Origin: Acidobacteriota bacterium | Lineage (GTDB): Bacteria > Acidobacteriota > Thermoanaerobaculia > Gp7-AA8 | Length of the DNA stretch: 58,096 bases | Direction of reading: 5' to 3' | NCBI GenBank assembly: GCA_039932995.1 | Contig: JBDTOZ010000826.1 | Coordinates: 1 to 58,096 of the forward strand | Shown here: positions 37,613-46,805 of the stretch, in pieces | How positions within the stretch are numbered: the stretch's first letter is position 1 | How the letters are laid out: every line of letters starts with the position of its first letter | Translations under genes and position numbers: made by a program | Notes under the pieces: model-generated | What the model was told of the DNA's origin: nothing | What the model saw: the letters and a program-made list of their open reading frames with translations, nothing else | The model's database searches: none

Positions 37613-38839
37613 ATGTCGCCGATGGAGATTGCCGTCCAAGCCGCCGATGTGTCGAAGCACTACGACATGTACCGCCGGCCCGCGGACCGTCTCATCGAGC
37701 TCCTCACGCGGCGCCCGCATCACGTGGTCTTTCCGGCGCTGGAAGGAGTTTCCTTCGAGGTGGAGAAAGGGGAGACGGTCGGCATCATCGGCCAGAACGG
37801 CGCGGGCAAGAGCACGCTCCTCAAGTTGCTTTGCGGAGTGACGCGCGCGAGCTCCGGGACGCTCCGGACGCAGGGCACGATCGCCTCGATCCTGGAGCTG
37901 GGAACGGGGTTCCATCCCGAGTTCAGTGGCCGCGACAACGCCGCGCTGAACGCCGCCATCCTCGGTCTCACCCCGGCCGAGGTTCGCGAGCGGCTGCCGG
38001 CCATCCTCGAATTCTCCGAGCTCGGCTCGTTCATCGACCGGCCAGTGAAGACTTACTCCTCAGGCATGTACATGCGGCTGGCCTTCTCCGTGGCGGTGAA
38101 TGTGGTGCCGGACATCCTGGTCATCGATGAGGCCCTGGCCGTGGGAGATGGGCACTTTCAGAAAAAGTGCGTCGACAAGATCCGCGAGTTCCAGGAGGCG
38201 GGACGGACCATTCTCTTCTGCTCCCACGCGTTGTACTACGTCTCCTCGATCTGCCGCCGCACGCTTTGGCTGGATCAGGGACGACTGATGCGGTATGGGC
38301 CGTCGCTCGATGTGGTCCACGAATACGAGACGTTTCTTCTGGAGCGCGACCGGCGGCATCCAGCGACCGAGACCGTGCCCGAGTCGCACTCCCCGGTGCG
38401 CTTTCGCAGCGTGGAAGTGTTGGACCGGTCCGGGGTGACCCGCGATCTCTTTGCCCGCGGGGAGGACGTTCACGTGCGGCTGCGCATCGACGCGGACACC
38501 CCGCGCCAGCCGGTACACGTCCTGGTGGGCGTTCACCGCTCCGCGGACGACCTGCAGTGCTTCGCCGTCGGAACCCACGCGGATGGGGTGACCCCCTTGT
38601 CGGGCAGCACGGAGTACGACATTACGGTGCGTCTGGTGAATGTGCCTCTGTTGCGCGGCGACTACTCGATCATCGCTTTCGTGGGCGATGAGAACGCCAT
38701 CACCGTCTTCGATCGAAGGGACGTGCGTCCGGCCTTCTCGATGACTGGAGATCGGTTCGAGATCGGCCTGATCTCGGTCGACCATCGGTGGGAGCTCCAG
38801 CCTCGTCCGGCCAGTCTGGCTACGCTCGAGCGGCGATGA
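37613..38839 (+). CDS. wzt: polysaccharide ABC exporter ATP-binding protein (Wzt-like) with a C-terminal glycan-binding-type domain
   Basis: Walker A GQNGAGKST; signature YSSGMYMRLAF; Walker B ILVIDEAL. The ~170-aa beta-rich C-terminal extension resembles Wzt_C. Confidence 0.9.
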   Translation: MSPMEIAVQAADVSKHYDMYRRPADRLIELLTRRPHHVVFPALEGVSFEVEKGETVGIIGQNGAGKSTLLKLLCGVTRASSGTLRTQGTIASILELGTGFHPEFSGRDNAALNAAILGLTPAEVRERLPAILEFSELGSFIDRPVKTYSSGMYMRLAFSVAVNVVPDILVIDEALAVGDGHFQKKCVDKIREFQEAGRTILFCSHALYYVSSICRRTLWLDQGRLMRYGPSLDVVHEYETFLLERDRRHPATETVPESHSPVRFRSVEVLDRSGVTRDLFARGEDVHVRLRIDADTPRQPVHVLVGVHRSADDLQCFAVGTHADGVTPLSGSTEYDITVRLVNVPLLRGDYSIIAFVGDENAITVFDRRDVRPAFSMTGDRFEIGLISVDHRWELQPRPASLATLERR

Positions 38840-39870
38840 TCTCTCTGCTCCTGATCAACTTTCGCTCCGCCGCGCTGACGGCGGAGGCCGTGCGAACGGC
38901 GCGCGAAGGCACTTCCGCTCCGCTGCAGGTCGTCATCGTGGACAACAGTTGCGATCCCGGCGAAGCGAACGCGTTGCGTGATCTGGGCGAGGTGCTGATC
39001 GTCAGTGGAAGCAACCGCGGCTATGCCGGGGGGATCAATGATGGGCGCCGGGCCTGCCGCGGCGAAACGATCATCGTCTCCAATCCGGATGTGACCTTCG
39101 CAGCGAAGGCGCTCGACCTGCTGGCCGGAGCTCTCGGACCTTCGGTCGCCGTCGCCGGTCCGGCCCTCTTCTGGGATGACGCCCACCAATGGCGTCTTCC
39201 TCCAGGTGATCTGATGACCGCACCGGAGAAGCTCGATGCGATTTTGGCGGCTCGTTCCGAAGCGTGGCGCGCGCAACGGGACCGGCGACGATTCCGGCAA
39301 CGGGTGGCCTTCTGGTCGCTGGCGCGGACCACGCCTGTGCGGATGCTCTCCGGCGCGGTCATGGCCATCCGCAGCGCGGATTTTGACGAAATGGGTGGCT
39401 TCGACGAGCGCTTCGCACTCTACTTCGAAGAGAACGACTTCCTGCGTCGCGTGGCCGCGCGGCGAAAGGGAATCGTCTACGTTCCTGCGGCACACTGCCG
39501 GCATCTCTACAATCAGAGTGCAGCCCAGGAGGGGGCCGCCGCGGCCGTCCGCTATGCCGAATCACAACGGAAGTATCTGGCCAAGTGGAATGGACCCTGG
39601 TTGGCGGGGATCCTCGAGCGGATGGAGCGCCCGCCCCACAGGGCGGACCTGCCGTCACTTCAGGGTGCCATTGCTCCGGGAGGGTCCTCCGTGGTCGTGG
39701 AGGTCTCCCCACTGGCGACCTTCGCCACGGCTGCCGGACTGATGAGCGCGTCCTCGGCGGTGGAACTGCCGGCGGAAGTGCGGGCCTCCGCGGGTGGGAC
39801 ACCGTTGTACGCGCGGGTGGTCGAACGGGACACGGCTCGGGTGCTGGCCATGTATAAAATTACGTCATGA
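38836..39870 (+). CDS. family 2 glycosyltransferase
   Basis: LLINFRS...VVIVDNSCDP...SNRGYAGGINDG. ATGA overlap with wzt. Confidence 0.85.
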   Translation: MISLLLINFRSAALTAEAVRTAREGTSAPLQVVIVDNSCDPGEANALRDLGEVLIVSGSNRGYAGGINDGRRACRGETIIVSNPDVTFAAKALDLLAGALGPSVAVAGPALFWDDAHQWRLPPGDLMTAPEKLDAILAARSEAWRAQRDRRRFRQRVAFWSLARTTPVRMLSGAVMAIRSADFDEMGGFDERFALYFEENDFLRRVAARRKGIVYVPAAHCRHLYNQSAAQEGAAAAVRYAESQRKYLAKWNGPWLAGILERMERPPHRADLPSLQGAIAPGGSSVVVEVSPLATFATAAGLMSASSAVELPAEVRASAGGTPLYARVVERDTARVLAMYKITS

Positions 39871-41339
39871 GCTCGACGAGCGTGTCGGTGGTGATCCCTC
39901 GACGACCGGGCTCGTCCAACCCGTTGGGCGCCGTGACCGGCTATCTGCAGACGACCGGCCTCACCTTCGAGGTGCTCGTCTCGGACGGGGAGACTCACGG
40001 CGCCGCGCTCCGGCGGGGAGTGAGCGACGCGAAAGGAAGCGTCATCGTCGTGGTCGATCCGGAGCTTCCCTATCCGGTTGAAGCGATCGGTGATGCGGCA
40101 GCCATGATTGATTCTGCGGCCACCGATGTGGTGTTTGCCTCGGCCGCGCCGGACGATCGTGGAACGGCTCTGTTGCGTTGGCTGCTGGTTCCGGAGCTTC
40201 CCGATCTCACGATCCGGCTGGCGGCCTTCTCGAACGTGGCCGCGAAAACGGTGGCCGGCGAATCCCGGTTGCTCGATGGTGCCTGTGAGCTGGAGATGGC
40301 TTTCCTCGCGAACAAATACGGCTTTCGGGTCGAGCACCTGGTCGTGCGCACCGACCGGAAATCGCGGCCGCTTGGCAGGGTGCGTTCGTTGATTGCGGCC
40401 GTGACGATCCGCCTGGCCAACCGCCGTCACGAATATCGGGCGGCACGGCGCTGCCCGGTCTGTTTCTCGAACGAGGTCTGGAGCTGCGCGCAGATTCCCG
40501 GAAACGTCGTGCGTGCCTGCCGGAGGTGCAAGAGCCGGTACTTGAACCAGTTTGCGGACGAGGAAGGGACGCACCCGGTGCGTCGTGTGCTGCGCGCGCA
40601 TGCCGCCCCTTTGTCGCCCGCGTATGAAGCGCATTCTCCGTCAGCGCGTGAGAGCACGAGTGCGCGCCGGCTCAAGTGGGTGCGCCAGCAGCTTCCTTCG
40701 CGGGCGCGGATCCTGGAAGTCGGTGTGCGGGATGGCAGCTTCGGCGCACTGGCCTCGCGCGACTACGAGTACGTGGGGATCGATCCAGCGTCCGCCGTGG
40801 CGCGCTCGGCCCGAGGTCGTGGGCTGGATGTCTACTGCGCGTCTCTGGCGTCGTTCGTCAATGTCGGACCGGCCTTCGACGCCATCACGCTCTTTCACGT
40901 CTTCGAGAACATCGCCGAGCCGCATGACGCCCTGGCGCGGATCAAAGACCTGCTCAAGCCGGGAGGGGTGCTGTTCCTCTCCACCTTCGATACAGAAGGA
41001 TTGATCTACCTGTCCTTCGAGCGGAAGCGCATGGCCCAGAACTTCCGCACGCACCTGATCCTCTATTCGCGTTCGGCGCTCATCGAACTGCTCGAGCATT
41101 CGGGCTTCGAGATCATCGGGATTGGGCCGGACTTCGAGCATCGCGACCACAAGTTCCTGCGGCACTGGCTGGCCTCGCATCATCCGGTCGCGGCGCCCGT
41201 GGTGCGGGCCTTCCTGACCGTTCTGCCCGATCCGGCCATCGTCAGTACGGGCTCGATCCGGATCGTGGCCCGCCGCCGGTCCGGGACGCCGCGGAACGTC
41301 CGCGCCATCCGCTCGGTGGAGCCGACACATGCCCGGTGA
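39867..41339 (+). CDS. fusion protein: GT2-like N-terminal domain, zinc ribbon, class I SAM methyltransferase
   Basis: VSVVIPRR...VVVDPELPY (GT-A-like); CPVCFS...CRRCKSRY; ILEVGVRDGSFG...LKPGGVLFLSTFD (methyltransferase motifs I and post-II). Confidence 0.8.
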   Translation: MSSTSVSVVIPRRPGSSNPLGAVTGYLQTTGLTFEVLVSDGETHGAALRRGVSDAKGSVIVVVDPELPYPVEAIGDAAAMIDSAATDVVFASAAPDDRGTALLRWLLVPELPDLTIRLAAFSNVAAKTVAGESRLLDGACELEMAFLANKYGFRVEHLVVRTDRKSRPLGRVRSLIAAVTIRLANRRHEYRAARRCPVCFSNEVWSCAQIPGNVVRACRRCKSRYLNQFADEEGTHPVRRVLRAHAAPLSPAYEAHSPSARESTSARRLKWVRQQLPSRARILEVGVRDGSFGALASRDYEYVGIDPASAVARSARGRGLDVYCASLASFVNVGPAFDAITLFHVFENIAEPHDALARIKDLLKPGGVLFLSTFDTEGLIYLSFERKRMAQNFRTHLILYSRSALIELLEHSGFEIIGIGPDFEHRDHKFLRHWLASHHPVAAPVVRAFLTVLPDPAIVSTGSIRIVARRRSGTPRNVRAIRSVEPTHAR

Positions 41340-42306
41340 CACGCGCGGCTATCGCGAAGGCGATGAAGCGGCGATTCTCGAGCTCTTTTCGCGCTCCTTC
41401 CCTCACGCTCCGAGAAGCCTGAAGCACTTCGAATGGAAGTATCGACGCAATCCGTCGGGCAACGAGCGCATCAGCCTCACCTTCGACGAGGGCTCGCGTC
41501 TGATCGGCCACTACTCCGGTTATGCCGTTCCCTTCCGCGCTTACGGGAAGGACGTGCTCGCGCACCAGATCGGCGACACCATGACCGACGTGGCCGTACG
41601 CCACATAGGCCGCGGGCCGACGAGCATCCTGGGTCGAACCGCGCTCGATTTCTACGCCCGTTTCTGCGAGGAGCGGATCGCCTTCAACTATGGGTTCAAC
41701 GTTGCCAACATCCAGAAGTTCTCCCTGCGCTTCCTGCGTAGCGATCGCGTCGAGCCCGTGACCTATCGCGTGGCCCCGGTCCCCCGCCCACTCCCGCGGC
41801 TGGAACGGTGGGCCCGGGGATTTCAGCTGGAGCTCGTGCGGGAAACAGGTCCCGAATGGGACCGGTTCTTCGAGCGGGTAGCCGGGACCTACCGCTTTCT
41901 CGTGCGCCGGGACGCCCGGTATCTGCAGTGGCGCTATCTCGATGCGCCGGACGGCGAGTACGCGCTCGTGGCGGTGCGGAAGTGGCGGCGGCTGGTCGGG
42001 TGGATCGTGTTCCGCATCCGGGAGCATCGCTTCACCTGGGGAGACGCGTTGTTCGACCCGCGCTTTCCCGATGCCGTCGAAGTTGCCTTGCGGCACGTCG
42101 TTCCTTCGTATCCGGTCGACTCTATCGAGGCCTGGTTTCCGCCGCGCCCGCGCTGGTTTCATGCGATCCTCACGGACCTCGGGTTCGAGACCCGTCCCGA
42201 GCCTCAGAATCTTTCGGTGATGTGTGTGCCCTTCACCTGGGCCGAGGTCGTCGACCGGATGCGAGAAGATCTGTATTACGCCTGGGGGGACAGTGATCTG
42301 TTCTGA
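41329..42306 (+). CDS. GNAT-family acyltransferase-like protein
   Basis: YREGDEAAILELFSRSF... N-terminus and overall length resemble two-lobed GNAT-type acetyltransferases. This call rests on motifs only. Confidence 0.55.
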   Translation: MPGDTRGYREGDEAAILELFSRSFPHAPRSLKHFEWKYRRNPSGNERISLTFDEGSRLIGHYSGYAVPFRAYGKDVLAHQIGDTMTDVAVRHIGRGPTSILGRTALDFYARFCEERIAFNYGFNVANIQKFSLRFLRSDRVEPVTYRVAPVPRPLPRLERWARGFQLELVRETGPEWDRFFERVAGTYRFLVRRDARYLQWRYLDAPDGEYALVAVRKWRRLVGWIVFRIREHRFTWGDALFDPRFPDAVEVALRHVVPSYPVDSIEAWFPPRPRWFHAILTDLGFETRPEPQNLSVMCVPFTWAEVVDRMREDLYYAWGDSDLF

Positions 42307-42416
42307 GCCCGCGATATGTAGCCAGCACCCGGGCCCGCCAACGGGCTACGGGCCTGCATCCTGCATGGCGCTCTCATCCATCGGACGAAAGAACGTCCGA
42401 TGAGCCGGTGCGAACG

Positions 42417-42833
42417 ATGAACACAGAGCAACAGCAATCCGGGTCGAGGGAGCGGCGGCTGAGCGACGTGGATAGGAAGCGTGTGCTCGTGATCGACGAC
42501 GACCTGCCAATACGAGGGATGCTGGCCGCGGCCTTGCGCCAGCGCGGGTATCAGGTGCTGCTGGCCGGAGATGGGGCGGAAGGCCAGCGCGCGCTGACCA
42601 TCCACAAGCCGGATGTCGTGCTACTGGACCTGGCCATGCCGGACGTCAACGGCTGGGACTTTCTCCAGCGCCTCAGCGAGACCGGCCACCTGGGCACCAT
42701 CCCCATCATCGTCGTCTCCGCCCACGTGCGTGTAGAGCCTCAAGCGTTGTTGCAGATGGGGGTGGCGGCCATTCTGCCCAAACCGTTCCACCTGCCCGAC
42801 CTCATCGATCTGATCGAGCACCTCGCCGCGTGA
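42417..42833 (+). CDS. stand-alone response-regulator receiver domain protein
   Basis: VLVIDDD...DVVLLDLAMPDVNG...IIVVSAH...KPF, with all CheY-like acidic, Thr/Ser and Lys positions present. No output domain. Confidence 0.85.
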   Translation: MNTEQQQSGSRERRLSDVDRKRVLVIDDDLPIRGMLAAALRQRGYQVLLAGDGAEGQRALTIHKPDVVLLDLAMPDVNGWDFLQRLSETGHLGTIPIIVVSAHVRVEPQALLQMGVAAILPKPFHLPDLIDLIEHLAA

Positions 42834-43453
42834 ATGTACCTGAACGACTGGCCACTCTTTTTCCCGGCAGGGCGCTGCGGAGCTACGTGCACTGGAAGGT
42901 GCGTACCGATCCGGCCTACGCAGCGGTGCGGGAAGCCCTGGGCCCGCGGGAGCGCTCGCTGGTGGACGTCGGGTGCGGGATCGGCCTCCTGGCCTTCTAC
43001 CTCCGCGAGCACGGATATGAGGCGCACATCATCGGCATCGACTTCGATCCACGCAAGATCGATCTGGCTCGCAAAGCGGCCACACGCTATCGCAAGATCG
43101 ACTTCGTCACCGGCGACGCGCGCAATCCTCTGCCCGAGAATCACGCCATCGTGATGCTGGATCTCCTGCACTACTTCGACCCGGCCTCGCAGCGTCAGAT
43201 CCTCGGCAACGCGGCCCGTGCAGGCACGTGCGTGATCCTCCGCCAACCCGTGCGCGATTCGTCTCTCCGTTATCGCCTGACTCGTCTCGTCGACTCGCTG
43301 GCGCGGATCTTTGGCTGGATGAAAGCGGAGTCGTTGCACTATCCGACGAGGGAGGAGATCGTCTCCGCCTTCGAGGGCTTCCGCAGCGAGGTCCGTCCGT
43401 TGTGGGGTCGCATGCCGTACAACACGCACTTCTTCGTCTTTCGGCGCAAGTAG
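42830..43453 (+). CDS. class I SAM-dependent methyltransferase
   Basis: LVDVGCGIGLLAFYL (motif I). GTGA overlap with the receiver gene. Confidence 0.8.
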   Translation: MNVPERLATLFPGRALRSYVHWKVRTDPAYAAVREALGPRERSLVDVGCGIGLLAFYLREHGYEAHIIGIDFDPRKIDLARKAATRYRKIDFVTGDARNPLPENHAIVMLDLLHYFDPASQRQILGNAARAGTCVILRQPVRDSSLRYRLTRLVDSLARIFGWMKAESLHYPTREEIVSAFEGFRSEVRPLWGRMPYNTHFFVFRRK

Positions 43454-43475
43454 CGCGACGCCGTCAGCCCGACCA

Positions 43476-44219
43476 TCAAACAGCCCGGAGCTGGGCGTCC
43501 TCCGGGACCACGAACGCATAGCCGCGCGTCTGCAGCTCAGTGACGACGCGCTCGATGACTTCAAGCGAATGGGCACGGCCCTGGTGCAGGAGCACGATTG
43601 CCCCGGGAGCCACGTCGGGAAGGATGCGCCGCACGACCTCGTCCGGGTCGGAGAGCACGGCGTCGAAAGCGCGTGCACTCCACCCGATCAGACGCATCTT
43701 GCGGCGCGACAGCGCAGGATGGACGGCCGGATTCTTCATTCCCACGGGCGCGCGGAACCAGCGCGGGACGGCTCCGGTGATCGCGCGCAGCTCCCGATTG
43801 CAGTCGTCGATCTCCATCGCCACGCGCCCCGGAGGGAGGCACCAGAAGCTGGCACTGGGATGGGTCTGACTGTGATTGCCGACCGTGTGCCCTCGCTGCA
43901 ACAACGCGGCGATCCAGTCGGGGTGACGCCGGGCCAGCTCCCCCTTCACGAAGAACGTCGCCTTGACGCCCAGCTTGTCGAACGCGTCCAGCAGGGCCGG
44001 GGTGTCGTCGGTGGGTCCGTCGTCGATGGTCAACCACAGTTCCCGGCGCGAGGTGTCGAAGCGCGTGATGACCGGACCGAGCCACTGCACGTTTGGGCGC
44101 AGGATCGGATAGAGGAGGAGCGCATGCGAAAGCGCCAACAGGGCCACTCCCGCGAACGGTGCGCGAGGCCATAGGAGGATCAGCGCCAGCGGCGCCGTCA
44201 CCGCGAAGCCGAGGATCAA
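43476..44219 (-). CDS. polysaccharide deacetylase (NodB homology domain) with N-terminal TM segments
   Basis: TIDDGP, HTVGNHSQTHP and RAPVG motifs. Proposed TTG start at 44219 overlaps the upstream stop (TTGA). The start is uncertain. Confidence 0.75.
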   Translation of the reverse strand: MILGFAVTAPLALILLWPRAPFAGVALLALSHALLLYPILRPNVQWLGPVITRFDTSRRELWLTIDDGPTDDTPALLDAFDKLGVKATFFVKGELARRHPDWIAALLQRGHTVGNHSQTHPSASFWCLPPGRVAMEIDDCNRELRAITGAVPRWFRAPVGMKNPAVHPALSRRKMRLIGWSARAFDAVLSDPDEVVRRILPDVAPGAIVLLHQGRAHSLEVIERVVTELQTRGYAFVVPEDAQLRAV

Positions 44220-44749
44220 AGCTCGGATGAGTAGCCTCCCAGGGAGGTCTCCCACCGCGCGATGACCCCGCGGAAGGGCAGCAGAGCGACCGCCGCCACA
44301 CCGTTGAGAGCCAGGATCGCCAAAAACTGCCAGGCCACGAACCTCACCCACGACGGGTCGCGTGCAAAGTACGCCGCGGCGCCGGTCAAGGACGCCATCA
44401 GGATCATCGAGTTCAGCCGGAGGTTGTTTCCGCGCTTCATGAACAGCACGCCGAAAGTGACGATGGGGACGTGCATCAAGACGATGGCCAGCGGCAGCGC
44501 AGCGATGGCTGCCAGCGTCCAACTCCTGGCCGAAAGGACATGCGCCGCGTAACACGACAGTGTGAGAGTGGTCCAGGCCCCCACCAGGAAGTTCTCCCCG
44601 GCGCTCTGATGGCGGTCCACCACCACGGCCACATCACCCGGGACCGGCCGGGAGTTGACCATCCCGACCAGCGCATACAGACGGAAGAGCGCGAAGTTAT
44701 GGCGCAAGGGAAGCCATTGGGCGTCCACGCGTCCGCGGATGATGTTCAT
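44216..44749 (-). CDS. polytopic membrane protein of unknown function
   Basis: ATG at 44749 overlaps the upstream stop (ATGA). 4-5 hydrophobic helices. Confidence 0.65.
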   Translation of the reverse strand: MNIIRGRVDAQWLPLRHNFALFRLYALVGMVNSRPVPGDVAVVVDRHQSAGENFLVGAWTTLTLSCYAAHVLSARSWTLAAIAALPLAIVLMHVPIVTFGVLFMKRGNNLRLNSMILMASLTGAAAYFARDPSWVRFVAWQFLAILALNGVAAVALLPFRGVIARWETSLGGYSSEL

Positions 44750-45651
44750 CGCGGCGGCTCCTTGGAGAACGGATCGAAGTGGAACCACTGGAACCACGCC
44801 TCGCGCAGCACGACCTCCAATTGGTTCGTCCAATGAGTCATCGCCTTTTCGAACGCTTCCGTCCGATCCCGGGTCCGGACGACGTGGAAGGGCTCAGCGG
44901 CCAGGACGCGATATCGCCTCCTGCCGAGGCGGAAGATGAAGACCGGATAGATAGGCACCCGCGCGGCCATGGCCAGGGCGAACGGACCTGAGGGGAGCTC
45001 AGTGCGTCTGCCGAACAGCGTGGCCGGATGCGAGGCGATGCCGGGAGTGACGCGGTCGCCCTGGACGGCGATGAGCTCTCCCCGCTGGAGCGCGTCCAGC
45101 AGGTCGATGGCCAGGTCGCTGGAGCGCGTACTGAAATCCACCCGCAGCGCCTCGGCCGAAGTGCGCGCGTCCAGGTCCTGCTCGAACCGACTCGTGTCCG
45201 GGTCGAGCTCGGGAGCGCGCACCATGACCATCTTGCGTTTGGAGAGAGCGGCGAACAGATGCGCGCCGAGGTCGTAGTTGCCCATGTGGGCGGTGAGGAA
45301 GATGGCTCCGCCCTTCTCCTCATTCAAGCGATCCACATTCTCCCGTCCGATGAACTCCCAGTCGGGAGAGACCCGCAACTCCTTGAAGCGGACCTTGTCG
45401 TCGATCGTCCAGGCGAAGTTCCAGAACACGCGGCAAGTGCGAAAAAAAATGGACAGCCAGGAGGACCCGGGGAAAATCGCCTGCAGGTTGTACATCACCC
45501 CGCGCCGGCCCTCCGTCCAGAGCAGGGCAAAGAGAAAGGCCCAGAGCGCGAGGATGTACGGCTCGATCCAATAGGGGACGTTGAGGACGGCCCAGCGGAG
45601 ATACTGCCGCCAGAACACGCCGCGCGCTCGGAACCGGCCCAGCCACTTCAC
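44746..45651 (-). CDS. LpxL/HtrB-like lysophospholipid (lipid A-type) acyltransferase
   Basis: N-terminal TM segment and LTAHMGNYDL (H(x)4D-type acyltransferase motif, compare HxGNWE). GTG start with GTGA overlap. Confidence 0.75.
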   Translation of the reverse strand: MKWLGRFRARGVFWRQYLRWAVLNVPYWIEPYILALWAFLFALLWTEGRRGVMYNLQAIFPGSSWLSIFFRTCRVFWNFAWTIDDKVRFKELRVSPDWEFIGRENVDRLNEEKGGAIFLTAHMGNYDLGAHLFAALSKRKMVMVRAPELDPDTSRFEQDLDARTSAEALRVDFSTRSSDLAIDLLDALQRGELIAVQGDRVTPGIASHPATLFGRRTELPSGPFALAMAARVPIYPVFIFRLGRRRYRVLAAEPFHVVRTRDRTEAFEKAMTHWTNQLEVVLREAWFQWFHFDPFSKEPPR

Positions 45652-46802
45652 GGGCTCATGATCTCCGCGATCTTCCGATCCTGTGCGGGAAGAGGAGGCC
45701 GAAGGATCCGGAAGAGCGCACTCTCCATCAATCGCTCGTCGCCCGGATACGTGGCCACGAACTGCAGCGGGAAACGCTCGAAGATCTCGGCATCGCTCCG
45801 TTTCCGCCGCTGCTGCACGGCCCGCCGTTTGTGCGCCAGGTGGCCATCGTTCCGCAGAATCCAGTCGAGCGCCCGGAACTGCATGGCCGTCAGGGGATCG
45901 TCGATGGCCACCAGGGGTCTACGCCGCCATCCGCGTGGCCGCGGCTTCTCTCCGAAAGGCCGCGTCAGTTCGTCCGCGCCCGGATTGCGTGTGGTGGCGT
46001 AATGGTGGATGCGGTGCAGGTACGCGTATAGCACCGCGGCCCCGCTCTCGGGCAGGTTCTCGTAGTTTTTGATGGCCGTCTGCAGCGCGTTTCGCTCGAA
46101 GAGAACGCCGCGCTCGAAGTCGCCGAGCCGGTTGCTGGTCGTGCTCGAAGCATGGCGGACCAGCGCGTCCGGCTCGAAGAGCACACGGTACCCGCAGATC
46201 CAGCTCCGCCAGCCGAAGTCGACGTCCTCGAGATAGGCGAAGAAATCGTCGTCGAAAGCACCGAGCTCCATCAGCGCCGCGCGGCGGGCGATCATGTTCC
46301 CTCCGCAGGCGAAGAGAATCTCGTCGCCGCGGGCCGGTTCTTCGCGTGAGCCGACGGGATAGCGGAACCCGTTCTGGAACGCGTGGCCATCGAACGTGAG
46401 CAGGCCGCCGATGAAGTCGATCCTGGTGCCCGTGGGGTCGACGATCCTCCCGCCGATGGAAATCACGTCCTCGGGCGCTCCCTCCATCGCGGCCGTCAGC
46501 GCGGACAGCCATCCCGGCTCCGGGACGGCGTCGTTGTTGAGGAAGATGACCTGTGTGGCCGTCGATCCGGCCAGGGCCGCGGCCAGGCCGCCGGTGAAGC
46601 CGCGATTCTCCGTGAGTGCGAAGAGCTTCACCTGCGGGTGTCCGGCTGCAATGGCCGTGGGGCTCCCGTCGCTCGATCCGTTGTCGACCACCGTGATGCT
46701 GGCCCCGGGGACGCCGGCGAGCTGTGCCTCGACCGCGCGCACGCACTCCAGCGTCTCGGCGCGGTTGTTCCAGTTGACGATGATGATCTCAGTGGTGGTC
46801 AT
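45648..46802 (-). CDS. family 2 glycosyltransferase
   Basis: IIIVNWNN...VVDNGSSDGS...ENRGFTGG. Confidence 0.85.
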   Translation of the reverse strand: MTTTEIIIVNWNNRAETLECVRAVEAQLAGVPGASITVVDNGSSDGSPTAIAAGHPQVKLFALTENRGFTGGLAAALAGSTATQVIFLNNDAVPEPGWLSALTAAMEGAPEDVISIGGRIVDPTGTRIDFIGGLLTFDGHAFQNGFRYPVGSREEPARGDEILFACGGNMIARRAALMELGAFDDDFFAYLEDVDFGWRSWICGYRVLFEPDALVRHASSTTSNRLGDFERGVLFERNALQTAIKNYENLPESGAAVLYAYLHRIHHYATTRNPGADELTRPFGEKPRPRGWRRRPLVAIDDPLTAMQFRALDWILRNDGHLAHKRRAVQQRRKRSDAEIFERFPLQFVATYPGDERLMESALFRILRPPLPAQDRKIAEIMSP

Positions 46803-46805
46803 GCG

